This document shows positions 1-12,309 of a stretch of DNA of 64,000 nucleotides, piece by piece. The position numbers and the translations under genes are program-made. The notes under the pieces are model-generated. The model searched no databases. It saw only the letters and a list, made by a program, of their open reading frames with translations, and was not told where the DNA came from. Positions within the stretch are counted from its first letter, which is position 1; each line of letters starts with the position of its first letter. The stretch covers positions 62,001-126,000 of the forward strand of contig JAMDHS010000051.1 in the NCBI GenBank assembly GCA_029717555.1. The letters are read 5' to 3'. The stretch is from Peribolospora baueri. Lineage: Eukaryota.

Positions 1-198
1 TAGGATAGAGACGAAGACAAAGCGGGGAAGGCAGAGCTGGAAACGTCCACCGTCTTTGTTCAATGGATCCGAGTGGCCACGGGCCTTTTGCTCGGCGAGC
101 ATGTTTCGCTGAAAAACCCAGACGGGTGATCATGTTCGTTCCAGAGTTTATATCCATGTCCGACATGGGCCGTCACCACACCGCCCCGACCCCGATCT

Positions 199-2573
199 TC
201 AGCTCGCCCATCCGACCCTCCTGCGCATCTCCATCGCCAGCCTCTCCCTCTCCTTCTCCACCCTCACCGCGGCCGCGCCCTTGCCTCCACCTCCCAGAAA
301 GTCCCGATTCTCCAAAGCCCTCCTGACCAGGTACGGTAGAACCTCCTTCAGCGGCCCGTAGGGAACGTACTTGAACACCATATGAGGGCCTACGCCATCC
401 TCGTTACCTCCCGAGCGGGGATCGAACACCAGACAGAGGGAGCGGGTGAGATGGTCAGCCATGCCTAGGAGTTGGCCGAAAGTGATGCGGCCTCGTACGC
501 CCGGAGTGAGTCGGAGATAGTACGGCGGATGGTCTTCCATGTCGTCCTCCGCTGCTGTCTCTGTCACGATCATCGCTGTTGCTGTCTCTGAAGCGAGTCC
601 GACTTTGACCATGTGCTGGATGGCGCGGAACGCCGAGACAGGATTGTGTGTTGCGAATATGACTCCGAGGTGGGCTGGTCGGTTCGGGCCGTTCGTGGAG
701 AGGTCCGTCTGGGGGGAGAAGCGAGTCGTTCGATTAGGCGATCGGTACGGTGACGAAGAGTACGAAAGGACGGCGGCCACATACCGCCACTTGTTCGACA
801 AGCATCTTGGCGCACCGCTCATAACACTCGTCCGTATCCTCTTTAGAGTCCCAACAGGGAGAACCGTGTCCGCTCGCACGGGCAGTTTTCCTTTCGAGAT
901 CGATGTAGGCGCCTCGTACGAGCTTGACGCCCAAGCTGTAGTTGCCTTTGCTGGCGCGGGTGAGGGAGGCACTGAGGTGGTGCGGTGTTCTATGATGGAG
1001 TACAACGTGTGAGAGAGAAGGAAATGGACGACAAACGCATTGTGGCGACTCACCTCTTCAAATAAGCCTGGAAAGTATTATAGATCAGAGGCTGCCTCAC
1101 TGTAATCCGAGCCTGGTCTTCGCGCCGGCCCGACGCCACCACGCCGGCAGTGATTCCCTTCAGGCGAGACCAGAGCGACGGCGGAGGCGACAAGCGATTG
1201 AACTCGGCAGCCAGAGCCTCGTAAAAGGCGTCGATAGCGGGTTGGTACCAGGAGTGTTCGGCGTCTATGACGAGACTATGAAAGGAACGTGGGGAAAGAC
1301 ATGTGCATGTTGTCACAGTGACGTAAGTCAACATCCGCTTCGTCAGTGACATTGTCGGCAGTCATGGAGGAAATCAAATACACACCTAACCCCGCCCTCC
1401 TCTCTTGCCGCCTTGGCCACCTCCCTAAGGGCCATCCAAAGCTCTAGGAGCGCTTTCCTGTCTTGCTCGCCCAGCCGCTTGCCAGGAAGGCCGAGATGCG
1501 TGTCCTGGACTTGAGCTTTAGAAGCCTGCTCCACTGCCAGCGCATCGGGAGGACAAGGACAAAGGTAGGACGAGGGATCGGAGAACGTCTCGGGCGACAC
1601 GATGGCGGCACTCGCCCTCTCCAACAAGGAAGGATCCTTAAGCAAGCCGGTGAGCTTGATGGCGATGCTCGTGCTCCCCGTCCTCGGAGGCGTCGTCGTT
1701 GCCGAATCCTCTTTCCGAGAGAGTTGGGATTGGAGGTGGAGTCGCTCGAATTCGGCGGCTACGCGAACGGAGTGGACGAGTTCAGCTATGAAGGCTTCGT
1801 GGAGGTGGGAGAAGCGGGGCAGGGAGGGAGGGAGCGAGTCGGCAGACGAAGATGGGGAACCGAGTGGCGGTGAGGCGGGTGCAGGTTGAGATGGGTGGGC
1901 GGAGATGGACGCTTCGACGGAGAAGCCAAGCAAGGCGCCTAGACCGTCGGAGGAGAGAGAAAAGAGCAAGGGAACGCAGTCGGTCATGGTATCTCCGCCA
2001 ACGAACTGCGATGGTGTTGGGGGAAAGGTCAGCTTTCGTCATTCGTCCTTTGAGGTGATGGGACAGGCTTCAGCGGGTACCTACTTGAGCGAAAAAGGTT
2101 GACCTGATGACCTTTTCTGCTGCCCACCAGACGCCAGGTGTCGACTGAGCCCATTCGAGCAACGCTGGAGCGGCATCGACAAATGTGGGAGAGGAGCAAA
2201 CGGTGTAGACGAGGTAAGAGCGGAGGAGAGAAAGGAAACGGACGCTGGACAGGGTTCCGATGACCTCCTGGCCTCCTTCGTCCGATTCTACAGGCGAGTC
2301 GAGTTGGATGGCGGACGCAGTGAGGGCGGAGAGGGTAGCTCCGGCGAGCAAGAGGAGAGAGGGTCGAAGCTTGTAGGTGCTGCCTGAGGAGCCGGGCCGA
2401 TGGGAGGTACTGAGCTTCCTTACGGCGGGGCCGTCTTGAGGGCTCGAAGACGTTCGAGGAGCGCACGTGAGCCTGGAGGTGCTCATACGAGCAGCGAGTG
2501 AGGCAGGCGCATGGAGGCGGCGGTGTGCGTGGGCAAGCGTCGATGGACGTAGGAGGAGTTTGGAGAGGACCAT
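199..2573 (-). CDS. PUT1: Mitochondrial proline dehydrogenase (proline oxidase), multi-exon
   Basis: Exons carry PRODH motifs LVIDAEHSWYQPAID, IYNTFQAYLK, GVKLVRGAY, FATHN, FGQLLGMAD and KYVPYGPLKEVLPYLVRRALEN. The N-terminus MVLSKLLLRP is Arg/Ser-rich and presequence-like. Confidence 0.93.
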
Positions 2574-2898
2574 GTCGAGAAGATGGGATGGCGGCGAGAA
2601 GAATTGCGCACCGGCTCGACGACGCCGCTCGCTGGGCGTTGGAGGTGGTCGCCGTGCTATTATATACAAGCCCTTCCTTTATCTATCCTATCTCGTCCCC
2701 CCCATCACGAGGTCTTACAGCCCACCCCGCCTTCTCTCCACGTGCGCCCTAGCGCCAAACAAAAACTCCCGTCGACGGACTCGGTGAGCGGCGACCCAGC
2801 AAGGCGCCGCCCTGTCTAGAAGACAATTAGTGCTCTAACGTACACGATGGACGCCGCACCCTCGCTTCCACCCATCCAATCGCACCACACCCCACACG

Positions 2899-3785
2899 TC
2901 ACGGCTTCTTCCCCGCCGGACCCTGCCCCGTCATCGCAGTTCCGTCCCGGTCCGCCCCCAAACGCTGCTTTTCCAGAAGGTTGGCGTAGTACTGGCCATC
3001 GACTGACCGTATTGAGAGGGGAGAAAGGAGATCAGGGCCGGCCATTTAGACTGAAAAAAAGGCAAGTCACCGAAGAAAAACCCGGCCTGCCGGAACCATA
3101 ACTCACAGCCCCGCGGTCCGTAAGGCAAGAAGTGTTCACCCGCTTGAGGGGACTTGACAGAGAGGTGCACGTATGGCTTGAGCTGATGGCCACAAGAAAA
3201 GAGGAAAGTTGAGGTGAGGAATGGGTTCCACGGAAAACCTCGGCGAAGAGGAAAGGCGACGGATGGGTGGACGGCGACAGATCGAAGGCGACATCGAATG
3301 CGAGGGATCGAAGGCGACATCGAATGTGACGGATCCAAGGCGACATTGACAGCGAGGCATGACCCAACCCACCTTGGTATCCTTCAATCCAGGCGGAACG
3401 GCAAAGTCAGTGATCCTCCTTTCATCGATCCGTCCCGTGCGCAAGTTCCACCAGCTCGACTCTCCTCCCTTCTCCACCACCTCCTTGGTCAGCCGGCGCC
3501 CGTTCCGGTCAATCGGAAAACCTTGGCGGTCCTTGAGCTCTATGCGCCTCCTCACTAGAATGTTGCCCGTTCGGGTGCCTGGATCGAAGGAGAGGAGAGC
3601 AAAGCGGAGGGAAGGGTTGTGAGCACAACCAACTGTTCGTCGTCCCTATGCACACAGCATGATCGATCGCCTTGCCTCGCCCGCACCGTGGCGCACGCAC
3701 CTTTGTAGAAGTCCTTGTTAGCCTTCTTGGACGTCAAAGGAAGTCTCGACGCCTTGCTGCATGCTGCTGCTGTCGGTCGGAACAT
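2899..3785 (-). CDS. MRPL27: Mitochondrial ribosomal protein mL41 (MRPL27), multi-exon
   Basis: SRLPLTSKKANKDFYKG, then ...FAVPPGLKDTK / LKPYV, match the mL41 family. The 3' exon and stop are inferred from GT-AG sites. Confidence 0.85.
3280..3352. repeat. 26-bp tandem repeat, ~3 copies, within an MRPL27 intron
   Basis: GATCGAAGGCGACATCGAATG at 3280 and 3306, with a degenerate GATCCAAGGCGACATTGACAG at 3332. Confidence 0.8.
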
Positions 3786-4011
3786 GGCGCAATCTGGTTT
3801 GTAGTCTTCGTCTCTGGCAGACGCTTCTTGCCTGCTCCGACGTCGAGGACGAAGTAGCTGCGGTAAGAAAGCCGAGGTGATCGCCGCTTATCGCCGCCCG
3901 AGCGCCCCGGATCAGCGCTCGAGCCAGCCACCCAGGCGGCGGCGGTTCAACGACGTCCTCGAAGACGCTCCTCGACGGTCCTCGTAGACCTCATCGGCGG
4001 TCCTGCTGAAC

Positions 4012-5408
4012 ATGCCCCCATCCATCCCCGGTCTGCCTCCAGACGCATCCTCTCATTATGCACGCCTCCATCGTCGCCTCTCGGACCTCGACTCGTATCA
4101 GGTCCCGCGACTGGGGGAGTGCATCGGTCCCACGACTTTGTTGCACCAGTTCAACGCCGAGCTGGGGGAGGATTTGAGGAGCGTGGAAGCAGAGTTGGAG
4201 GTGCGCCCGTACCTCGTCTGTCCGCGTTGAAACCTGCGGTGTGCTCATCCCTCGGTTTACTTCTCGGCTAATCTGCACAGACGTTCAAGCTCTCCGCCGA
4301 CGAACAAGAGCGACAGAGCGAGACCGATGCCGTCTTGGAGGCCGCGCGAGAACTTCAGGAGAGGTTGGCGCGGTCAGTTCGTCTTTTTTACCCTTATTTT
4401 CTTTTCCTTGCACGCTCACACATCCTATGCTCCCGCAGCGTCAAACGCGAAGCTCGCTCAGCCCTTCTGACCTCTCGTCGGGCGATCGCAGCTCGCACGG
4501 GTGACCAGCAGAGGGACGAACTGTTCAGGACTGCGGCACAGGGAAGGAAGGATGCTGGGGAGGGGAAGAGGTAAGTCGGTGAAGGCACGACGGGCGAAGA
4601 GCGGCGAGGATGAGGGGTCTCAATCGCGACCCTTTCCATCTTTTCCTCCGCGTCGCATCGCCGCAAGTACCGACGACCGACTGATGAACGCTACGGAAAA
4701 TGTCACCGAGGCTCTGCGACGCACGACGGCGCTCATGACGCAGGAGCTTGAGCGATCGAACCTGTCCACACAAATGCTGAGTGAGTGCCATTCGAACTGG
4801 CGGCGATCGGGCGCGGAGCGACACGTTCGCCTCCTTCCGGCGATGGACCGACTTGACGATGCTCACACCGCCCTTCTTCCGATCCAGGCGAGTCTACCCA
4901 AACGATGCGCTCCTTAACCACCGAATATACCACCTTTTCTGATCTCCTTACCGCCTCCAAATCCCTCATCACCGCGCTCGAGCGAGCCGACCTATTGGAC
5001 CGGTTACTCATCATGGCCGCCCTGGCATTCTTCTTGCTCGTCGTTGCGTTTGTTCTCAAGCGGAGGATCGTGGATAGAGGATTGAGGATCGCTTTCTTTT
5101 GGACAAGGTGGTTGCCTGGCGTGGGAAGGGCTGGGAAGGAGCAGGTCGGCGCTTTGACGAAGATGGGTGCACAGGGAACACTGAGTACAGCGGTCGAAGA
5201 CGTCGCTGCTTCTGTCACACAAGGGGCGCTGGGCGCGGCGCAAGAGTTAGCCGGGTCGCTTGGTGAAAGCTTGGAGTACGCGACGGGACCGGCGACCGAG
5301 GGCGGCGAGACGGGAGGAACCGTTGAGGACGAGTGGATCCACCCGGACGGCACACCTTTCGACTCTGACCGAAAGACGACGGAGCCTCTACAGCACGCTG
5401 AGCTTTGA
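4012..5408 (+). CDS. SEC20: ER SNARE Sec20, multi-exon
   Basis: NVTEALRRTTALMTQELERS...LLTASKSLITALERADLLDRLLIMAALAFFLLVVAFVLKRRI: Sec20 coiled coil followed by a TM segment. Confidence 0.88.
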
Positions 5409-5465
5409 GGGACGATTCGGTTGTCCCAATATGTATGTACGTCGTTCATCGGAAAAGATTAAGCC

Positions 5466-7455
5466 TCAAGCACCGTCCTCCTTCGCCTCCACATCGACCT
5501 TGTCCCGTGCGGGCACCACATAGGACATCATATCGTACGCTGCCCAAGCCCTTCTATCCTCTTTGTCCCCGCCCCACGCCTTGGTCGCCTGGTCCTCGAT
5601 GCACCGCATGATCGCCAGTCGGCGCTCATCCTCCGGCGCTGCTAGGCGTGGCCTTGAGCGACCGACGGCGACGGCGCCTAGAGGCGCCCTTCCTCGATGA
5701 GGACGATTGGATAAAGGCTTGTCGCCAGCTCTCCCCTCCTCTTCGCCCTCCTCGCCAACCCCACCATCCTCCATCATCCCCTCTTCCTCCGTCCATCTCA
5801 GATGCGACCCATTCCCACCCTCCCCTCGCTCATCCATAGCGACTTCCCGCGCCTTCTCCCGCTCCATCTCCCGCTCCATCTCCCGCTCCATCTCCCGCTC
5901 TATCTCCCTCCGCTCCCTCTTCAGCTCCATCTCCCTCCGCTCCCTCTTCAGCTCCATCTCCCTCCGCTCCCTCTCCACCAGCCACCCAGGCGGAGCAAGG
6001 TACCTCACCGAAAAATGATTCAAGAGCAACATCCGAGCTCCCACCCGTCGCGCAAACTCGCCCGCCACCTCGGGCGTCGAATGCCCGCGCGACGCCGCCT
6101 TTTGTCGCACCGCTTCCTCCGATATTGTACCGGAGACATGCGGCGGGGCCGGGCGTGAAGGATGTGGATGCTTGCCCCGGCCCCGGCCGCCGGACGGCGG
6201 ATTCGGGATGGGTCGTTCGACCTCGGGTGGGATGGCGGCGTTCGTACACTCGTGTACAAGTACGTCCGCTCCCATTGCCAACTCTTCGATCGGCCCGGTA
6301 GCGTCGCTGCAGTCACCTAGCACGACCACCTTGCGCCCCGGTATATCCAACAGAGGAGGCTCGATCTTCGTCCCGTCCGGCAGCTCGACGGTCTCCCTCT
6401 TCCTCGTCACATTTGACAGTAGCATGCGCGGATTCCGGATCCCTCTTTCCGACAAGAGTCGATCCGCGTTAGCGTCTAGCAGAGGAAGGAGGGGGCGCGT
6501 GTCGAGCGGAGAGGCGCGCCAAGGTTCGGTGAACACGTATCCGAGGCATGGCACGCGGTGCACGATGGGCGCGGCCGAGATGGAGACGCCGTTGGGGAGG
6601 GTTACAAAGTCAGTCCAGCGAGGATGATCGGGTGACGCATAAATGTCTCGACCTGGCAACTCGTTCTCATGCAGAGGCAGGACGGGCAATACGCGGTTGC
6701 GGCCGTCCGGCGTGGGCACGCGCACGGACTCAGGAGCTTCGTCGGGCGACGAGGGAGAAGGATAAGGGGCATCGGTGGAGAAGAGCAGCTCGTGGACCGT
6801 GTATTTGCCGGCCAATTGGCAGTACGTCAGCGAGAGCGTCGTACGCAAGAGAGCGCGAAGACCCGAGGGGCCGAAGATCTCTATCCGGGGCTGGCAGAAG
6901 GAAAGGCAGGGTGCCCATCATCGTATCGGTCGCCGGGGTCGGTCGGTCAGCCGGCAGTCTGAGACGGGCTAGATGCGCCGTGCGAGAGACAGGGCAAGCT
7001 CACCTTCTCCGTCTCGCTTTCTCCCGGCGCGGCCTTTGCACCGTTCATAATGTCCGTCAGGAAAGGGACGATGCCAAGAGTGTGGTCCTGATGCAAGTGG
7101 GTTACGAGGATGGTGTGAAGGTTCGAGAGCCTGTTCCGCGAGCGTCGAAACTGGTTCTGCGTCGATTCACCACAGTCGCTGTCGACAGATGAGAGAGCGT
7201 GTATGAGCCCATATACCAGCCAGAGCGAGCCGACCACAATAAGTACAAGGCACGCACACCATGACGAGATCAGAGTTGTGCTTAACCAGCAAGCTCGAAT
7301 AGTTCCTGTTGCCGACGAGCAGAAAAGGAGGATCAGTCGGCCGTGGCGTCCGCATTAAGGCGAAGTTGTGGCTCGGACGCTTCTTCACGCACTCACCTCG
7401 TCGCCGAGGGCGCCGAGCTGGTGCCCAGAAACTGGACCTCTATGTGGTTCACCAT
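5466..7455 (-). CDS. Ribonuclease Z, short form (ELAC1-like metallo-beta-lactamase), multi-exon
   Basis: First exon MVNHIEVQFLGTSSAPSATR, then RNYSS, DCGESTQ, THLHQDH (HxHxDH), HRVPCLGY, VVVLGD, DVLVHECT, GHSTP and LLNHFSVRY. Confidence 0.9.
5845..5975 (-). repeat. Coding tandem repeats (RERREMELK x2-3; EREM x4) inside RNase Z
   Basis: 27-bp and 12-bp tandem units (CTCCATCTCCCG) in the C-terminal insertion. Confidence 0.85.
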
Positions 7456-7544
7456 CGCCGTTGTCCAAGTGGCTAGCCGTCGATCGACAGGCCGCCTTCG
7501 AGATGGACGAGCAGGACGAAGGGAACGTCAGCTCGCGCCGCTTA

Positions 7545-8060
7545 GTCAGCCTCGGTCCGAAATACCCGAGTTGCCGCTGGCTGAAGACGCATCGCATCGT
7601 GCTTCGACAGGTAATTAACAACACCCGCTCCCACTCGGACCAACACCCTACTTTTTTCTCTAACAGGATGTAATGCTGGGTGCCACACCAAGTTATTCAC
7701 TTGGGACGGCATTCGTGTGTTGGACGGCGGACGGCCGAGTATGGAGCGGCATTTGGAGGGTTACCACTCGTGACCTCCGTGTCCGCCGTGCCTTCCTGTT
7801 AGTCAGCTGCTTTCCTGTGTGAGAATAACGTGGTATGTATTCATCAGGATGGAGCGTGGGCACAATGGTAATACACAAGGGTCTGGGGCGCAAGTCGGAC
7901 CAAATTCCCACGGTATGGCCACCGTCTGTGGCGAGGTTGTATACACCTCTATCTTTGAGTACAAAAGAACGCACCTGACTCGTTGTGATTACGATAAGGG
8001 AGGAGCTTTCGTGTCTAACTCCTTCTCCTCCTCCTCCTCGTTATCAGACGCGTCATCAGA
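7545..8060 (+). repeat. Copy 1 (partial) of a degenerate local repeat family
   Basis: Shares CCCGAGT(T)GCCGCTGGCT.AAGAC, GGTAATTAAC...TTTTCTCTAACAG and ATTACGA.AAGGGAG...CTCGTTATCAGAC with 9115-9513. Confidence 0.8.
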
Positions 8061-8519
8061 CGATTGTTCACTCCAGATTTTTCTCCAACAATGATTGCTC
8101 GTTGTCGACAATGATTACGCTTTTCTAAGCCATCATCGATCGGAGGGTGGACCTTTAGTACGTCGCTCGGGAAAAATAAGCGCCAGCCAGACAACGATGG
8201 AGGGTGGGCGAGGCAGCGTCTTTTTGATCTGATCGTTCAAAGCTCGGATCTCAGACGCCTGCCCAACACTCGTCGTCGGTGATCAACATGAAGGCGGCGC
8301 GTGGTCCTACCCGCAACGGTGTTAGCTTGCTGCTGATGAAGGGTTATGGCAAGGACAGCGGACGATACCACCGTCGCGTCGCGTCGTGTTCGTATTCGCC
8401 GGTCTATGAATGACGAAAAGAGCCGGCGATCATTCGAGGCGAGTCAGCCGTCGGCTGGTCGACCTCCACCTCGGTGCCGGCGATGTTGGCGACGAGTCAC
8501 AGTTGCTCAAGAGTTGGCA

Positions 8520-9513
8520 ACTTCTCCTCGCAGCATCGGTCAGTCGGTCGAGTCGGTGAGTCAGCCGGTCTCGCCTCGCCTCCCTCGCCACCACTCATTC
8601 GACGCATTCTTCAGCGATTAGACCGCATTTGCGAAGCTACGAGGCGACCTCGAGGCTTGGCAACCACGGCGACTTCAGCTACGGACCAACACAGCGGCGT
8701 CGCTCTGCTGTAAAAGACCCGCTTCCTCGTCGCCTTCTTCTTTCTTTCCACCATCCCACTTCTCCTGTTCTTCAATCCTCCCGCTTTCTTTCCACCATCC
8801 CACTTCTTCTGGTCCTCAATCCTCCCGCAAAAACCGATGTCGTCGAGTTGGATAGTGTAAGCACGTTTCGTTGTTGCGACCAGGAACCCCGTTTGGATGC
8901 TAGTATGAATATCAGCTCATTTGGCTTCGCTTTACGCAGATTTGTGATCGACCTCGATGACGCCGCTGTCGCCGAGCGCATTGTAAATGGACACTTAGCT
9001 TTGAAGCAGCACATCGTTAGCTTGATCATGTCTAATGCCGCCCACGACGTCCAACATCTTTTTGGCTTGGCGTTCCTTACGGATTCGAGGCACGGAGTGG
9101 CAGAGTTCCTCACATCCGGCATGCCCGAGTGCCGCTGGCTAAAGACACATCGTCCTTCGACGGGTAATTAACCACTCCCAGTCGGACCAATGTTGTATGC
9201 AATTCTAAACACCCTCTTATTTTTCTCTAACAGGCTGTCATGGCGGGTGCCATGCCAAGCTTTTTACTTGGTACGGCATCCGTGTAGGCAACGGGCTCCC
9301 GACGATAGAGCGGAATCTGGAGGCTCATCAGAGGTGGTGATGTCCGTGCATGCACCTGACAATGATGTGTCTCTTTAGGTAACTGCTTTCCATCGTCGAT
9401 TGCAAAGGAATGCGCCTAAATTAGTTCTAATTACGACAAGGGAGTGAGCTTTCACTAAACGCCTCTTCAGAGGACGGGTCGGACTGCGACGACGACGACT
9501 CGTTATCAGACAA
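8520..9513 (+). repeat. Copy 2 of the repeat family; left arm of a degenerate inverted duplication; gene-like relic
   Basis: The translation LDASMNISSFGFALRRFVIDLDDAAVAERIVNGH...LKQHIVSLIM is mirrored on the minus strand at 9839-10060. Confidence 0.8.
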
Positions 9514-9514
9514 T

Positions 9515-10870
9515 TCACTCTCCCTTGTCGTAATCAGAACTATTCAGGCGCATTCCTTTGCACTCGACGACAGGAAAGGAGCTGCGTAAGAGGCACATCA
9601 TCGCCAGCGTCACCACCTCTGGCAACCCTCCAGATTCCGTTCTATCGTCGGGTGCCCGTCGCCTACACGGATGCCGTACCAAGCTTGGTATGGCACCCCC
9701 CGTGACAGTCTTTGGAGAAAAAATAAGAAGGGTGTTTAGCATTGGTCTGAGTGGGAGCGGGTGTTGTTAATTACCTGGCGAAGGACGATGTGTCCTTAGC
9801 CAGCGGCACTCGGGCATGCCGGATGTGGAGGGACTGCCCTAGGTGTAGCCGAGCCGACTCTGTGAGGAACGCCAAGCCGAAAAGATTCGGACGCCCTTGC
9901 CGGCATTGGTCATGATCAAGCCGACGATGTGCTGCTTCAAAGCAGCACGGTCAGGGAAGTGCCCATTTGCAATGCGCTCGGTGACAACGGCATCATCGAG
10001 TTCTATCCAAATTCTGCGCAAAGCGAAGCCAAATGAGCTGTCATTCAAACTAGCATCCAAAAGGGGGTCCCTGGTCGCAACAACGAAATGTGCTTACACC
10101 ATCCAGCTCGACATTAAGTCAATGTTGAAAGCTTTCTCGAGTGCGAGGATGAGCTTGTTCACGTGAGAAGAGGAAGTGAGTTTGTCCCGTGCCCGACGGA
10201 AACAACGCTTCAGTTTATTATCCTGTACGGAAAAGAAGATGGGAAGGAAGGAAGGGAAGCGCGCGGGGTAGGCATACATGGTCAGAAATAACGGTACGAT
10301 AGAAGGATGAGGCATTTGGGCGAAAAGAAAGGTTTTTCTTCTCAACCATAGGCGGCGTCGGCGTCGGATTTGGCGGCAGGATGGAGGAAGAGAAGGAAGG
10401 ATGGGGTGACGAGGAAGGGGACCTTTTATAGCAGAGCGACGCCATTTCGGGTGGAGATGGGCCGAAGCGCTCGGACAAGACATTAAAATGGTCCGTAGCT
10501 GGCGTCGCCGTGGGCGGTCTAGTGGCCGAAGAAGCGTCAAGTGAGGGTGTGTTGTGTGGTGAGCGGGGAGACGACAGCGGGAAACGACGAAGGGAGGTCG
10601 CAAGTCCGAGCCACGTCGTCTAGACTGCGATGATGGAGCTATGGCGTGCCCATGTCATATATAGTCCGTCGATGAACCCGTCGGATGTGTGAGCGGCCCG
10701 TCGTGGGTGTACGGTCACCTGCGTCGTCATCATTCACTGTCTGAGAACAATAGAAGAGAGGAAAGGCAGTGCCGGGGCCAGAGCCAACCGAACGAGACAT
10801 CGTCGATGGTTGTCGAGGGATGTGAAACCGGTTGACTCTCCACTGGCTGACCGATGCTGCGAGGATCAGG
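9515..10870 (-). repeat. Copy 3 of the repeat family, inverted; right arm
   Basis: The reverse complement matches 8520-9450, e.g. TGCAAAGGAATGCGCCT...TTCT.ATTACGACAAGGGAG, CAGCTACGGACCA and TCCTCGCAGCATCGGTCAG. Confidence 0.8.
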
Positions 10871-10959
10871 CTCAGGCAAATCGCCTGGTGAGCACATGAT
10901 GTTGAAGTGCTCTAGAGCATCGACAGCTTCTCCGTCACTGCCTCCTCTATTCTCCACGT

Positions 10960-11590
10960 ATAGCGACCGGGACCTGTGCCCCTCCGAACTTTGTGCAAAC
11001 GATCTGGGAGGTTAGACTGAAGATTGAGCACAACGATCAGCACAGTTTGGAGGCGGACGCTTCGCAGATCGATCCCAAGAAGCTTGCAGGACTTCGAGAG
11101 ATGCTGAATGGAGTTATTGAGGTGAGCTCGGGTCGGGCTCGAAGTTTAGGCGTGCTCCTCTATTAATAGCGATTTTTTTTTGCCTTGATCACGCGAACAG
11201 ATGAGCGAGAAGTGCCCTATATGTTTCGACACTCTGAAGGAGCCCGTGAGTTCAATTCAGGATGGGTTTTCGCCTGATCCACCAGGATCCTCCGTGCTCA
11301 TCCTGCGCACTTTGACCAGGTGCGCTCACAAGTTCTGCCCCGCCTGCATCGAAGAAGTGATCCGCGTCCAGTCGAAGGTGTGTACGGAGGCTGAGGACAA
11401 GAGTCTGCTGGTATGCATTTCACCGGCTGACATGCTTGCTTCTCATCGCCCTCCAAGTGCCCTATGGACCGCGGACGCCAATCTGCGAGTTCGTTAATAA
11501 GCCTCGCGCCTCTCTCGCCCAACGAGGCAAAAGCCGACGACGGCAGCGAAACGGGTGAAGAGGTGAAAAGCGTTGCAACTCGGAGCAACT
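10960..11590 (+). pseudogene. Isolated C3HC4 RING-finger gene fragment, resembling the RING of Rad5/HLTF-type SNF2 helicases
   Basis: Spliced exons give CPICFDTLKEP..LTRCAHKFCPACIEEVIRVQSK-CPMDR. No helicase domains are visible on either side. The Rad5-like assignment is an inference. Confidence 0.55.
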
Positions 11591-12309
11591 GAAATGAGAC
11601 CCGCCCAGAATCCCTTTCATTATGAGGACTCGATGAAAAAGGTTTCGTCGTAGATTTGAATCATTATAACGGAACACATGTAAGACCTCGATCGAGCGAA
11701 TGTCCTTAAACGATACCTTGCCCTGTGAGAAGAGAGAAATGCGGAGAAATGTGATTCTCAGCGTTGGACGGTGGGGGGGAATGGTCCGCGTCCAAGAAGG
11801 GGGGCCAGAGACGAGGGATGGCATTCCTCACCCGGGGCAAAGTCGAGTCGGCGGATGGCGTTTACCGTGGCTATAGTGGAAGCTGCTTGCTGCTCCTTTT
11901 TAGTTTTTTGTGATGTGATGTTACCAATTGCTGGAGTTTTGGTTTTCTTTGCTTCAAGGTCAGTTCCGGTGGCACGGGTTGCCCCATCTTCTCCGCCAGG
12001 AAATTTGCTCCATTTGGCCGGGGTCTCTAGCCTTTTTCGCCGTGCTCGAGAATGACACCCCTCGTCAAAGGGGAGACCGCGGCCAAGATGACACCCCCTG
12101 TCAAAAGAGGGTGACCACAAAACTAACTTCCACTGCTGGTCCCCTTGTGAGGCCTTCTGAGCAGCAAGTTCCTCCTCCAGCTCCTTGATGCCGTTCGAGT
12201 ATTTGGTAGTTTATCGGACCAGCTGTGCGCCTAGCCCTGAATCGGCGGGACTCGATTGGTTCAGGACCCTTAATGGTGAATAGATAGCATTTCCCACTTG
12301 AAGAAGTAC

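Noticed and set aside
3280..3352. CRISPR-like array
   Set aside because: Eukaryotic intron, three contiguous units with only ~5 variable bases, and no cas genes.
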